Below, one piece after another: positions 1 to 11,466 of a DNA stretch of 64,000 bases (positions are counted from its first letter, which is position 1; every line of letters starts with the position of its first letter). Source of the stretch: Escherichia coli (lineage in GTDB: Bacteria; Pseudomonadota; Gammaproteobacteria; Enterobacterales; Enterobacteriaceae). The stretch lies in NCBI RefSeq assembly GCF_030384885.1, contig NZ_CP128613.1; one strand, 5' to 3'. Both the position numbers and the translations under genes were made by a program. The notes beneath the pieces were generated by a model. The model was given only the letters and a program-made list of their open reading frames with translations, was not told the origin of the DNA and ran no database searches.

Positions 1-522
1 TCAAAAGCCACGCCGCTTGGCGCGGTGACTAAGTTTGGCGAGCACGGCAAACGTAAAGCGCGTAAAGATCTTGGCGTCAGTATGATGATGTACGGTCATG
101 TTTATGTGGCGCAGATTTCTCTCGGCGCGCAGCTCAACCAGACGGTGAAAGCGATTCAGGAAGCGGAAGCGTATCCGGGGCCATCGCTGATCATCGCTTA
201 TAGCCCGTGTGAAGAGCATGGTTACGATCTGGCACTCAGTCACGACCAGATGCGCCAACTCACTGCTACCGGCTTCTGGCCGCTATATCGCTTTGATCCG
301 CGTCGTGCCGATGAAGGCAAACTGCCGCTGGCGCTGGATTCACGCCCGCCGTCAGAAGCACTGGAAGAAACGTTACTTCACGAGCAGCGTTTCCGTCGTC
401 TGAATTCGCAGCAGCCAGAAGTGGCAGAACAGTTATGGAAAGATGCCGCAGCTGATTTGCAAAAACGCTATGACTTCCTGGCACAAATGGCCGGAAAAGC
501 GGAAAAAAGCAACACCGATTAA
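1..522 (+). CDS. ydbK: pyruvate:flavodoxin oxidoreductase (PFOR), C-terminal fragment; 5' end lies outside the window
   Basis: Frame-1 ORF runs from the window edge to the stop at 520-522; translation matches the PFOR C-terminus and the gene sits beside micC/ompN as in the K-12 gene order recalled from memory. Confidence 0.85.
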   Translation, partial: SKATPLGAVTKFGEHGKRKARKDLGVSMMMYGHVYVAQISLGAQLNQTVKAIQEAEAYPGPSLIIAYSPCEEHGYDLALSHDQMRQLTATGFWPLYRFDPRRADEGKLPLALDSRPPSEALEETLLHEQRFRRLNSQQPEVAEQLWKDAAADLQKRYDFLAQMAGKAEKSNTD

Positions 523-550
523 ATGCTCTGGATAAGGATTATCCAATTCT

Positions 551-660
551 AAAAAAAAGCCCGGACGACTGTTCGGGCTTGTCTTTTTATATGTTGGAAA
601 ATCAGTGGCAATGCAATGGCCCAACAGAAAATAAAATCTGTGACAATAAAGGCATATAAC
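551..660 (-). ncRNA. micC: MicC small regulatory RNA (Hfq-dependent, targets ompC)
   Basis: Reverse complement of 551..660 reads GTTATATGCCTTTATTGTCACAGATTTTATTTTCTGTTGGGCCATTGCATTGCC...GCCCGAACAGTCGTCCGGGCTTTTTTTT, matching recalled MicC including the terminator hairpin and U-run; lies between ydbK and ompN, divergent from ompN. Confidence 0.85.
559..578. terminator. bidirectional Rho-independent terminator shared by ydbK and micC
   Basis: GC-rich hairpin gcccggacgactgttcgggc flanked by an A-run on one side and a T-rich tract on the other. Confidence 0.75.
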
Positions 661-887
661 CCGCGCAGAATAACGTATAGCAAATTAAAAGTATAATTTT
701 TATTTTGTATGTATTACCTTCAATACATTCACCATACTTATTATCATTTCATAAGAATTATTTGATTAAGATTTAACTTAAGGCGTAACAAATGATATTT
801 ATCGGCTAACGGAACTTCTCCTTTAGGATGTTTTTACTCCCCGAAGCCGGGGTAAAAGGCAAATAAAATAACTAAAGGATTTATTCA

Positions 888-2021
888 ATGAAAAGCAAAG
901 CACTGGCACTCTTAATTCCGTCCCTGCTTGCAGCAGGTGCTGCACATGCAGCCGAAGTTTATAATAAAGACGGCAACAAATTAGATCTGTATGGCAAAGT
1001 TGATGGCCTGCATTATTTTTCTGATAATTCAGCGAAAGATGGCGACCAGAGCTATGCGCGTCTGGGTTTTAAAGGCGAAACCCAAATTAACGATCAACTT
1101 ACTGGCTACGGTCAATGGGAATACAATATTCAGGCAAACAACACTGAATCTTCAAAAAACCAGTCATGGACCCGTCTGGCATTTGCCGGACTGAAATTTG
1201 CAGATTACGGTTCTTTCGATTACGGACGTAATTATGGCGTAATGTACGACATCGAAGGCTGGACCGATATGCTGCCTGAATTTGGCGGTGACTCTTATAC
1301 CAATGCAGACAACTTTATGACTGGTCGTGCCAATGGCGTCGCGACTTATCGTAACACTGATTTCTTCGGTCTGGTAAATGGTCTGAACTTCGCGGTGCAG
1401 TATCAAGGTAACAACGAAGGAGCCAGTAATGGTCAGGAAGGCACCAACAACGGACGTGATGTTCGCCATGAAAACGGTGACGGCTGGGGTCTTTCCACAA
1501 CATATGATTTAGGCATGGGCTTTAGCGCTGGTGCGGCATACACCTCTTCTGACCGCACCAATGACCAGGTTAACCATACTGCGGCGGGTGGTGATAAAGC
1601 AGACGCGTGGACTGCTGGGCTAAAATACGATGCTAACAATATTTACCTGGCAACCATGTATTCAGAAACGCGTAATATGACCCCGTTTGGCGACAGCGAT
1701 TATGCTGTTGCAAACAAAACCCAGAACTTTGAAGTCACTGCACAGTACCAGTTTGATTTTGGTCTGCGTCCGGCAGTCTCTTTCCTGATGTCTAAAGGCC
1801 GTGACCTGCACGCTGCCGGTGGTGCAGACAACCCGGCAGGTGTTGATGATAAAGATCTGGTAAAATACGCCGATGTTGGCGCGACTTACTATTTCAATAA
1901 AAATATGTCCACTTACGTTGACTATAAAATCAACCTGTTGGATGAAGATGACAGCTTCTACGCTGCCAACGGCATCTCTACCGATGATATTGTCGCTTTA
2001 GGTCTGGTTTATCAGTTCTAA
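888..2021 (+). CDS. ompN: outer membrane porin OmpN (OmpC/OmpF family)
   Basis: 377 aa ORF with a signal peptide ([21 protein letters not shown]) followed by [16 protein letters not shown] porin N-terminus and a C-terminal F; RBS aggat upstream. Confidence 0.93.
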   Translation: MKSKALALLIPSLLAAGAAHAAEVYNKDGNKLDLYGKVDGLHYFSDNSAKDGDQSYARLGFKGETQINDQLTGYGQWEYNIQANNTESSKNQSWTRLAFAGLKFADYGSFDYGRNYGVMYDIEGWTDMLPEFGGDSYTNADNFMTGRANGVATYRNTDFFGLVNGLNFAVQYQGNNEGASNGQEGTNNGRDVRHENGDGWGLSTTYDLGMGFSAGAAYTSSDRTNDQVNHTAAGGDKADAWTAGLKYDANNIYLATMYSETRNMTPFGDSDYAVANKTQNFEVTAQYQFDFGLRPAVSFLMSKGRDLHAAGGADNPAGVDDKDLVKYADVGATYYFNKNMSTYVDYKINLLDEDDSFYAANGISTDDIVALGLVYQF

Positions 2022-2030
2022 ATCCTCCTG

Positions 2031-2056
2031 CCCGCTGTTATGGCGGGCTTTTTCTG
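2031..2056 (+). terminator. Rho-independent terminator downstream of ompN
   Basis: Hairpin cccgctgttatggcggg followed by ctttttctg. Confidence 0.7.
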
Positions 2057-2080
2057 CTTATTCTTCCTCCTTTGATCTAA

Positions 2081-2596
<516 letters not shown>

Positions 2597-2602
2597 CACT
2601 AA

Positions 2603-2629
2603 CGCCCGCACATTGCTGCGGGCTTTTTG
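2603..2629 (+). terminator. Rho-independent terminator downstream of uspF
   Basis: Hairpin cgcccgcacattgctgcgggc followed by tttttg. Confidence 0.7.
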
Positions 2630-2771
2630 ATTCATTTCGCAAATGTGCTGACATTTTCCCCTCTAATCCGTACCATACACGCCACAGTTTTTATATCAGA
2701 TTTCTTATGCTGGGCGTTCCGGCATGACGCATACTCTTCTGATGCCATATAACGAATTGAGTCGCTTTTAA

Positions 2772-3707
2772 ATGTCGCAAAATCAAGAAATTAGTAAGAA
2801 AGAACAATACAATCTGAACAAATTACAAAAACGTCTGCGTCGTAACGTGGGCGAAGCCATTGCTGACTTCAATATGATTGAAGAAGGCGATCGCATCATG
2901 GTTTGCCTCTCCGGGGGTAAAGACAGCTATACCATGCTGGAGATTCTGCGCAATTTGCAGCAAAGCGCGCCAATCAATTTTTCGCTGGTGGCTGTTAACC
3001 TCGATCAAAAGCAACCGGGCTTCCCGGAACACGTTCTGCCCGAGTATCTTGAAAAGCTGGGCATTGAGTACAAGATTGTGGAAGAGAACACTTACGGTAT
3101 CGTGAAAGAGAAGATTCCGGAGGGCAAAACCACTTGCTCACTGTGTTCTCGTCTTCGTCGCGGAATTCTTTACCGTACCGCAACGGAACTGGGAGCGACG
3201 AAGATCGCGCTGGGTCACCATCGTGACGATATCCTGCAAACGTTGTTCTTAAATATGTTCTACGGCGGCAAGATGAAAGGTATGCCTCCGAAACTGATGA
3301 GCGATGATGGCAAACATATTGTGATTCGTCCGCTGGCCTACTGCCGCGAGAAAGATATTCAGCGCTTTGCCGATGCAAAAGCGTTCCCGATTATTCCGTG
3401 CAACCTGTGCGGTTCACAACCTAACCTGCAACGTCAGGTGATTGCTGACATGTTGCGTGACTGGGATAAACGTTATCCGGGGCGTATCGAGACGATGTTC
3501 AGCGCGATGCAGAATGTGGTGCCGTCGCATCTGTGCGATACCAACCTGTTCGATTTCAAAGGCATTACCCACGGTTCTGAAGTGGTTAACGGGGGTGATC
3601 TGGCGTTTGATCGCGAAGAGATCCCTCTACAACCGGCGGGTTGGCAGCCTGAAGAAGATGAAAATCAGTTGGATGAGTTACGACTGAATGTGGTTGAAGT
3701 GAAATAA
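2772..3707 (+). CDS. ttcA: tRNA-cytidine(32) 2-sulfurtransferase TtcA
   Basis: 311 aa; PP-loop motif CLSGGKDS and two CxxC pairs (CSLC, CNLC) typical of TtcA. Confidence 0.92.
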   Translation: MSQNQEISKKEQYNLNKLQKRLRRNVGEAIADFNMIEEGDRIMVCLSGGKDSYTMLEILRNLQQSAPINFSLVAVNLDQKQPGFPEHVLPEYLEKLGIEYKIVEENTYGIVKEKIPEGKTTCSLCSRLRRGILYRTATELGATKIALGHHRDDILQTLFLNMFYGGKMKGMPPKLMSDDGKHIVIRPLAYCREKDIQRFADAKAFPIIPCNLCGSQPNLQRQVIADMLRDWDKRYPGRIETMFSAMQNVVPSHLCDTNLFDFKGITHGSEVVNGGDLAFDREEIPLQPAGWQPEEDENQLDELRLNVVEVK

Positions 3708-3795
3708 CCCGGATAGCGCCCGATGCGCAAGCTTATCGGGCTACTCTTATGGAGGCCGGATAAGACGCGGCCAGCGTCGCATCCGGCAATCCCGA
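3708..3795. repeat. REP (repetitive extragenic palindromic) elements, two units
   Basis: ccggatagcgcccgatgcgcaagcttatcgggc and gccggataagacgcggccagcgtcgcatccggc between convergent ttcA and dbpA. Confidence 0.8.
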
Positions 3796-3835
3796 AGAAG
3801 ATGTTTACTCTTGCACCCTGCGATTCAACATTTCA

Positions 3836-5209
3836 TTATTTTAATAACCGCACCCGGCACGTTTTTCCTTTAATCTTCCCGCCCTGTAACTGTTTCCATG
3901 CTTTATGAGCAACAGCCTGACGCACCGCAACATAGACATGCGCCGGATGCACGGCGATTTTGCCAATATCTGCGCCATCAAGCCCGATATCTCCTGTCAG
4001 CGCACCTAATACATCACCCGGGCGCATTTTGGCTTTTTTCCCGCCATCGATACATAACGTTGCCATTTCTGCTTCCAGCGGCACAATGGAACTATTAACT
4101 GGCGGCGTTTGCCAGTTAAGTTTTATCTGCAACATGTCAGAAATGATATTGGCCCGCTGTGCTTCTTCCGGGGCACAGAAACTGATCGCCAGACCGCTAT
4201 TTCCTGCACGCGCTGTACGCCCGATGCGATGTACATGAACTTCAGGGTCCCACGCCAGTTCAAAGTTCACTACCAGCTCAAGCGATTTAATATCAAGACC
4301 ACGCGCAGCAACATCCGTCGCAACCAGCACACGAGCGCTACCGTTAGCAAAACGTACCAGGGTCTGATCGCGGTCACGTTGCTCCAGATCGCCATGTAAC
4401 GACAATGCACTTTGCCCTATGTCATTCAGCGCGTCGCAGACAGCCTGACAATCTTTTTTGGTATTGCAAAACACCACGCAAGAGGATGGCTGATGCAAAC
4501 TTAATAACCGTTGCAACAGCGGAATTTTGCCTTTGCTGGATGTCTCATAAAATTGTTGTTCAATGGGAGGCAGAGCATCTGTTGAGTCAATTTCAATCGC
4601 CAATGGATCGCGTTGCACTCGTCCGCTGATTGCGGTGATGGCTTCCGGCCAGGTTGCCGAAAACAGAAGCGTCTGTCGAGATGCTGGCGCAAAACGGATA
4701 ACATCATCAATGGCATCGCTAAATCCCATATCCAGCATGCGATCGGCTTCATCCATCACCAGCATATTCAACGCATCCAGTGATACCGTGCCTTTTTGCA
4801 GATGGTCCAGCAAACGACCCGGGGTTGCCACGATAATATGCGGCGCATGTTGCAACGAATCACGCTGCATACCGAACGGTTGACCACCGCACAAAGTCAA
4901 AATTTTGGTATTTGGCAGAAAACGCGCCAGCCGACGCAATTCACCTGCCACCTGATCCGCCAGTTCACGCGTAGGGCACAGCACTAAAGCCTGGGTCTGA
5001 AATAGCGACGCATCAATTTTCTGTAGCAGCCCGAGGCCAAAAGCCGCCGTTTTGCCGCTGCCGGTTTTCGCCTGCACGCGAACATCTTTTCCGGCAAGGA
5101 TCGCCGGAAGCGCGGCGGCCTGCACCGGCGTCATAGTTAAATAACCCAACTCATTAAGGTTCGTGAGTTGGGCGGGAGGCAAAACATTCAGGGTAGAAAA
5201 AGCGGTCAC
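3836..5209 (-). CDS. dbpA: ATP-dependent 23S rRNA-specific DEAD-box RNA helicase DbpA
   Basis: 457 aa; Walker A KTGSGKTAAF, DEAD box (VMDEADRMLDMGF), SAT and HRIGRTAR motifs. Confidence 0.93.
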   Translation of the reverse strand: MTAFSTLNVLPPAQLTNLNELGYLTMTPVQAAALPAILAGKDVRVQAKTGSGKTAAFGLGLLQKIDASLFQTQALVLCPTRELADQVAGELRRLARFLPNTKILTLCGGQPFGMQRDSLQHAPHIIVATPGRLLDHLQKGTVSLDALNMLVMDEADRMLDMGFSDAIDDVIRFAPASRQTLLFSATWPEAITAISGRVQRDPLAIEIDSTDALPPIEQQFYETSSKGKIPLLQRLLSLHQPSSCVVFCNTKKDCQAVCDALNDIGQSALSLHGDLEQRDRDQTLVRFANGSARVLVATDVAARGLDIKSLELVVNFELAWDPEVHVHRIGRTARAGNSGLAISFCAPEEAQRANIISDMLQIKLNWQTPPVNSSIVPLEAEMATLCIDGGKKAKMRPGDVLGALTGDIGLDGADIGKIAVHPAHVYVAVRQAVAHKAWKQLQGGKIKGKTCRVRLLK

Positions 5210-5470
5210 AATCTGTTCTCGTGGTCATCGACGCAAAAATTAGCAAGCGCGTATCCTCGCAGATCTACGCTCACGATGCGACAATTTAATCGGTTCTTCA
5301 TCGGGTGGTGGGTCAGGCATGGGTTGCGGGCGAGGGATTGGATCGGGCACTGGAACAGGATCGCCAGGAATCGGTTCAGGGACAGGAATTTGCAAATAAA
5401 TGAGTGTCGTCATATTTCCCTCCGGTCATTGGGTGGACTCTTAAAGGGTAGACGCTGATATATAACAGGC

Positions 5471-5592
5471 AAAAAAAAGCCGACTCATCAAAGTCGGCGT
5501 CGTACGAATCAATTGTGCTATGCAGTAATTCAAAAAAGGAAGTAAGACAATATGGAGCGCAACGCCCATCGCTTGACGTTGCATTCACCTGC
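5471..5592 (-). ncRNA. fnrS: FnrS small RNA (FNR-activated, anaerobic)
   Basis: Reverse complement reads GCAGGTGAATGCAACGTCAAGCGATGGGCGTTGCGCTCCATATTGTCTTACTTCCTTTTTTGAATTACTGCATAGCACAATTGATTCGTACGACGCCGACTTTGATGAGTCGGCTTTTTTTT, matching recalled FnrS with its terminator; located between zntB and dbpA. Confidence 0.85.
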
Positions 5593-5628
5593 AAGAGAGA
5601 TATTGCCCTGAATGGGTAGAGAGTTTAT

Positions 5629-5642
5629 TGACTTCGCTCAAA
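5629..5642 (-). promoter_or_regulatory. FNR box (TTGA-N6-TCAA) centred about 42 bp upstream of the fnrS 5' end
   Basis: ttgacttcgctcaa matches the FNR half-site palindrome at class II promoter spacing relative to the fnrS start. Confidence 0.65.
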
Positions 5643-5687
5643 CTTTGCGGCGTTTTTGTATACAGATAGTAGGGAAAATTGCTGTTG

Positions 5688-6692
<1,005 letters not shown>

Positions 6693-6925
6693 TTATTTTG
6701 TAGTCTAGCCTTCTGGCCCTGTTACGCAACATCTCATCACCCCATTACCCTGAAATGATTAATAAAATTCTGTCTAAATTGAATACAAAAAGCAAAATGC
6801 TTTTCCATATACAAACCGTGTGAAGTGTTAAATAGCGTCTATCATTATCAGAATTATCTGATCATATGACGTGGCTTTATTGCGATCGGATAGCAACAAA
6901 AATTGATAAAAATAACGGGATCTCA

Positions 6926-8158
6926 ATGATTACGCACAACTTCAATACCCTGGACTTACTCACCAGTCCTGTCTGGATCGTTTCGCCCTTTGAGGAACAG
7001 TTAATTTATGCCAACAGCGCGGCGCGACTGTTGATGCAAGACCTCACGTTTAGTCAGCTACGAACCGGTCCCTATTCCGTCTCCTCACAAAAAGAACTGC
7101 CGAAATACCTCTCCGATCTGCAAAACCAACACGATATTATCGAAATCCTCACCGTTCAACGTAAAGAAGAGGAAACAGCATTAAGCTGTCGGCTTGTTTT
7201 GCGAGAGCTGACAGAAGCAGAACCGGTGATTATTTTCGAAGGTATCGAAGCACCGGCAACGCTGGGTTTAAAAGCCAGTCGCTCGGCAAATTATCAGCGC
7301 AAAAAACAAGGTTTTTATGCGCGCTTTTTTCTGACTAACTCTGCACCAATGTTGTTGATTGACCCCTCACGAGATGGCCAAATCGTCGATGCTAACCTCG
7401 CCGCGCTCAATTTCTATGGTTATAACCATGAAACGATGTGCCAGAAACATACCTGGGAAATTAATATGCTCGGGCGTCGCGTCATGCCTATCATGCATGA
7501 AATCTCGCATTTACCCGGTGGTCATAAGCCTTTGAATTTTGTTCATAAACTGGCGGATGGTTCGACTCGTCATGTGCAGACCTATGCTGGGCCGATTGAA
7601 ATTTATGGCGACAAGCTCATGTTATGTATTGTGCATGATATTACGGAGCAAAAACGGCTGGAGGAGCAGCTGGAACATGCTGCCCACCATGACGCGATGA
7701 CCGGATTACTGAATCGGCGCCAGTTTTATCACATTACCGAGCCAGGCCAAATGCAGCACCTCGCCATCACTCAGGATTACAGCTTATTGCTCATCGACAC
7801 CGATCGTTTTAAACACATTAACGATCTCTATGGGCATTCTAAAGGTGATGAGGTGTTATGCGCCCTCGCCCGCACTCTCGAAAGTTGCGCTCGCAAAGGC
7901 GATTTGGTGTTTCGTTGGGGAGGCGAAGAGTTTGTCTTATTGCTACCAAGAACCCCACTGGATACCGCGCTTTCGCTGGCTGAAACTATCCGCGTAAGCG
8001 TGACAAAAGTGAGTATTTCGGGCTTACCACGCTTTACCGTCAGCATTGGTGTGGCGCATCACGAAGGAAATGAAAGCATCGATGAACTGTTTAAACGCGT
8101 TGATGATGCTTTGTATCGGGCGAAAAATGATGGACGCAACCGCGTGCTGGCGGCATAA
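6926..8158 (+). CDS. dgcM: diguanylate cyclase DgcM (PAS-PAS-GGDEF)
   Basis: 410 aa from the ATG at 6926 (MITHNFNTLDLL); C-terminal GGDEF domain with RWGGEEF active-site motif. Confidence 0.88.
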   Translation: MITHNFNTLDLLTSPVWIVSPFEEQLIYANSAARLLMQDLTFSQLRTGPYSVSSQKELPKYLSDLQNQHDIIEILTVQRKEEETALSCRLVLRELTEAEPVIIFEGIEAPATLGLKASRSANYQRKKQGFYARFFLTNSAPMLLIDPSRDGQIVDANLAALNFYGYNHETMCQKHTWEINMLGRRVMPIMHEISHLPGGHKPLNFVHKLADGSTRHVQTYAGPIEIYGDKLMLCIVHDITEQKRLEEQLEHAAHHDAMTGLLNRRQFYHITEPGQMQHLAITQDYSLLLIDTDRFKHINDLYGHSKGDEVLCALARTLESCARKGDLVFRWGGEEFVLLLPRTPLDTALSLAETIRVSVTKVSISGLPRFTVSIGVAHHEGNESIDELFKRVDDALYRAKNDGRNRVLAA

Positions 8159-8178
8159 GCCGCGGATGCGTCTCGAGA

Positions 8179-8742
8179 TCAACGACTGCGCTTAGCGTGG
8201 CGCTCCCAGTTTTCTTGCTTTGCCTGCGCCGTTTTACGTAGTGCGACGTAACACGCCCCGCTGCCGCCATGATGCGGTAGCGCGGTACAATATGCCTGGA
8301 CATCATCAAATTCGGTCAACCAGCGCGCCACATAGCTGCGGACAATATTGGCATGCGATTTATCTTCCCGCCCTTTACCATGAATAATCAGCACATTACG
8401 CAAACCATCCGCCAGGGCTTGTTGAATGAAACTGAACACCATTTTGCGGCACTCTTCCACCGGCTGGCGCAAAAGATTCAGGCTCGCCTGTTGCGGATAT
8501 TTACCACTGCGCAGCTTATCCAGCACCCCATGTTGCAACCCTTCCCGCCGAAACTCCAGCGGCTGGCTTAGCGGGATGATGTCGAGAAATCCGGTGGTGA
8601 GGAAATTATCAAGTTGCAGCGTGTCGATACGCTGCGGCGCACGTTGGTTACGCGTTGGATGCCAGTGGACATCTGTAGCACGTTTCAGCGGCTGGACATC
8701 TTCCATGGCGTCAAGAAACAGCGATTTGTCGTCAAGGTTCAT
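8179..8742 (-). CDS. smrA: Smr-domain DNA endonuclease SmrA
   Basis: 187 aa, C-terminal Smr domain (LIIHGKGRED...); position between dgcM and abgR. Confidence 0.85.
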   Translation of the reverse strand: MNLDDKSLFLDAMEDVQPLKRATDVHWHPTRNQRAPQRIDTLQLDNFLTTGFLDIIPLSQPLEFRREGLQHGVLDKLRSGKYPQQASLNLLRQPVEECRKMVFSFIQQALADGLRNVLIIHGKGREDKSHANIVRSYVARWLTEFDDVQAYCTALPHHGGSGACYVALRKTAQAKQENWERHAKRSR

Positions 8743-8969
8743 GTTACATCCTCCCGCAATTAAGAGCGCGATATGATAACCAGACCGGGTCGGTCCAACA
8801 ACGTATTACCCAAAATTCCAGTAATAAGTTCCAAATGTTGCCGATATTTTAAGCAAAATGCTTATGCATGATTATTCATTCACGATATTAATAATGTAAC
8901 TTATATTTTCGTGAAATCTGTCACTGAAGAAAATTGGCAACTAAAGGTTAAAACCGTTATAACACAGTC

Positions 8970-9064
8970 ACCGGCGCAGAGGAGACCATGCCGGATTTAA
9001 GACGCGGATGCACTGCTGTGTGTACTGTAGAGTCTGGCGGATGTCGACAGACTCTATTTTTTTA
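8970..9064 (+). ncRNA. mcaS: McaS small RNA (IsrA)
   Basis: ACCGGCGCAGAGGAGACCATGCCGGATTTAAGACGCGGATGCACTGCTGTGTGTACTGTAGAGTCTGGCGGATGTCGACAGACTCTATTTTTTT matches recalled McaS including its terminator; convergent with abgR. Confidence 0.8.
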
Positions 9065-9071
9065 TGCAGTT

Positions 9072-9980
9072 TTAACTTTGCAGATAGCCGCATTCTCGCC
9101 GAAATTGCGTGATTAATGACGCGGTCAGTGGTGTCTGGCGACTATCACGCCGCTGAATCAAATAATAGGCCGCTTTCGGTAAAATTTCGCTAACCGGCAA
9201 CATCACCAGCCCCTGTCCGTGCAAGGGATCGCAGCCCATTTCTTCAGGTAGTATGCTGAGAAAATCGCTTTTTGCCACCAGACTGATACAGGCTGAAAAC
9301 GTCTCGCAGACTACGCCGACCTGTGGCGTTTGCGCCTGATCGTCAAGCAATTCACTCAACTGTTTGTAGTAGCTGCCGTGTGGCGTCGGCATTGTCCAGC
9401 TGTAGTCCAGTAACTGTTTGATCGAACGGGCACCAATGGCGGGATGTCCCGGGCGGCAAAAGATCGCGAATTGCTTTTCCAGTAATTTCTCAAAAGTAAA
9501 TTCGTGGTCGTAGGGTCCCTGATAATAGGTATTGATGGTGAAATCCAGTTCTCCCTGGCGCAATTCATTAATCATCGACACCAGTTGCCCTTCCATAATG
9601 CGTACTTTTACCTGCGGATGCTGCTGATGAAAACGAGATATGACAGCTGGCATCAGACTGCGGGAAATACTGGCCCCCATGCCGATATTAATTTGCCCTG
9701 CCAGTTGCCCTTGTCGTTGGCGAATATCCTCTTGCGCTGCGCGCAGCTCTTCAAGAATAAGACTGGCGTGCTGATAAAAACTTTCGCCGGCATCAGTTAA
9801 CGTCACGCCTTTACTACGGCGAAAAAAGAGTTGCGCCGCTAACCCTTCTTCCAGCTCCTGAATAGATTTACTCAGTGCCGGTTGCGACATATTCAACATG
9901 CGGCTCGCTCCGCGAATGCTGCCCTGACGAGCCACTTCAACAAAAGCCCGAATTTGATGAATTTTTACCTGAAAAGCCAT
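9072..9980 (-). CDS. abgR: LysR-family transcriptional regulator AbgR
   Basis: 302 aa; N-terminal HTH (ASRMLNMSQPALSKSIQELEE) and LysR substrate-binding domain; divergent from abgA. Confidence 0.9.
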   Translation of the reverse strand: MAFQVKIHQIRAFVEVARQGSIRGASRMLNMSQPALSKSIQELEEGLAAQLFFRRSKGVTLTDAGESFYQHASLILEELRAAQEDIRQRQGQLAGQINIGMGASISRSLMPAVISRFHQQHPQVKVRIMEGQLVSMINELRQGELDFTINTYYQGPYDHEFTFEKLLEKQFAIFCRPGHPAIGARSIKQLLDYSWTMPTPHGSYYKQLSELLDDQAQTPQVGVVCETFSACISLVAKSDFLSILPEEMGCDPLHGQGLVMLPVSEILPKAAYYLIQRRDSRQTPLTASLITQFRRECGYLQS

Positions 9981-10155
9981 GACGCCACCGATAACCGTTA
10001 TTTATCAGACCAAAGAAACTGGCATCTACTTTAATGCAGATGATTATGTCAGGGTAATTTATGAACGGTTAAAACTGTGAAAAATCAGTTAGTGATAAGT
10101 AAAAACTATCGCTACGTGAACCGGGTCACACTTTTTACTGATGACGGGAAAGGTT

Positions 10156-11466
10156 ATGGAGTCTTTGAATCAATTTATTAATTCGCTTGCCCCAAAATTA
10201 TCGCACTGGCGACGTGATTTTCACCACTATGCAGAGTCTGGCTGGGTGGAATTCCGCACTGCCACCCTTGTTGCGGAAGAATTGCACCAGCTCGGTTATT
10301 CACTGGCGCTGGGCCGCGAAGTCGTTAATGAAAGTAGCCGGATGGGATTACCTGATGAATTCACTCTACAACGCGAATTCGAGCGCGCTCGTCAACAGGG
10401 GGCGCTAGAACAATGGATTGCGGCTTTTGAAGGCGGTTTCACTGGCATCGTCGCCACCCTGGATACCGGTCGCCCCGGTCCGGTGATGGCTTTCCGTGTC
10501 GATATGGACGCGCTGGATCTCAGTGAAGAACGGGATGTCAGCCATCGCCCCTACCGCGACGGTTTTGCGTCATGTAACGCCGGAATGATGCATGCCTGTG
10601 GTCATGATGGACATACCGCTATTGGGCTTGGGCTGGCGCACACCCTTAAACAGTTCGAGTCCGGACTTCACGGCGTCATCAAACTGATTTTTCAGCCTGC
10701 AGAGGAAGGTACGCGTGGCGCGCGGGCGATGGTCGATGCAGGTGTAGTGGATGATGTTGATTATTTTACTGCTGTGCACATTGGCACTGGTGTACCTGCG
10801 GGCACAGTAGTGTGCGGCAGTGATAATTTTATGGCAACAACCAAATTTGACGCGTACTTCACCGGGACCGCCGCTCACGCAGGCGCAAAACCAGAAGATG
10901 GTCACAATGCCTTACTGGCGGCAGCACAAGCAACTCTTGCACTGCATGCAATCGCCCCGCACAGCGAAGGCGCTTCCAGAGTAAACGTGGGCGTTATGCA
11001 GGCAGGAAGCGGTCGTAATGTGGTTCCTGCCTCGGCGTTGCTGAAAGTTGAAACTCGAGGGGTCAGCGACGTCATCAATCAATATGTTTTTGACCGTGCA
11101 CAACAAGCGATTCAGGGCGCAGCAGCCATGTATGGTGTCGGCGTTGAAACTCGGCTGATGGGTGCAGCTACCGCCAGTTCTCCTTCGCCGCAATGGGTCG
11201 CATGGTTACAAAGCCAGGCGGCTCAGGTCGCGGGGGTCAATCAGGCCATTGAACGTGTTGAAGCGCCTGCGGGTTCCGAAGATGCCACATTAATGATGGC
11301 CCGCGTGCAGCGACATCAAGGGCAAGCCTCCTACATGGTATTTGGCACACAGCTGGCGGCAGGTCATCACAACGAAAAATTCGATTTTGACGAGCAGGTT
11401 CTCGCTATTGCCGTCGAAACGCTGGCGCGCACCGCGCTTAATTTTCCCTGGACGCGAGGTATCTGA
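10156..11466 (+). CDS. abgA: p-aminobenzoyl-glutamate hydrolase subunit A (M20 amidohydrolase)
   Basis: 436 aa from the ATG at 10156 (MESLNQFIN); M20 metal-binding motifs (ACGHDGH). Confidence 0.9.
   Translation: MESLNQFINSLAPKLSHWRRDFHHYAESGWVEFRTATLVAEELHQLGYSLALGREVVNESSRMGLPDEFTLQREFERARQQGALEQWIAAFEGGFTGIVATLDTGRPGPVMAFRVDMDALDLSEERDVSHRPYRDGFASCNAGMMHACGHDGHTAIGLGLAHTLKQFESGLHGVIKLIFQPAEEGTRGARAMVDAGVVDDVDYFTAVHIGTGVPAGTVVCGSDNFMATTKFDAYFTGTAAHAGAKPEDGHNALLAAAQATLALHAIAPHSEGASRVNVGVMQAGSGRNVVPASALLKVETRGVSDVINQYVFDRAQQAIQGAAAMYGVGVETRLMGAATASSPSPQWVAWLQSQAAQVAGVNQAIERVEAPAGSEDATLMMARVQRHQGQASYMVFGTQLAAGHHNEKFDFDEQVLAIAVETLARTALNFPWTRGI

Noticed and set aside
991-1639. Several 60-100 aa ORFs inside or antisense to ompN (991..1194, 1164..1469, 1315..1503, 1433..1639)
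   Set aside because: They lie wholly within a well-supported porin gene, have no RBS and low-complexity translations; they are shadow ORFs of a coding region
3723-3908. 61-aa ORF overlapping the REP elements downstream of ttcA
   Set aside because: It is encoded by palindromic REP sequence and the 3' UTR of dbpA; no RBS, repeat-derived composition
5168-5594. ORFs 5168..5458 (+) and 5376..5594 (-) in the dbpA-zntB intergenic region
   Set aside because: The region is occupied by the fnrS sRNA and the dbpA promoter; the translations are Arg/Trp-rich and low-complexity
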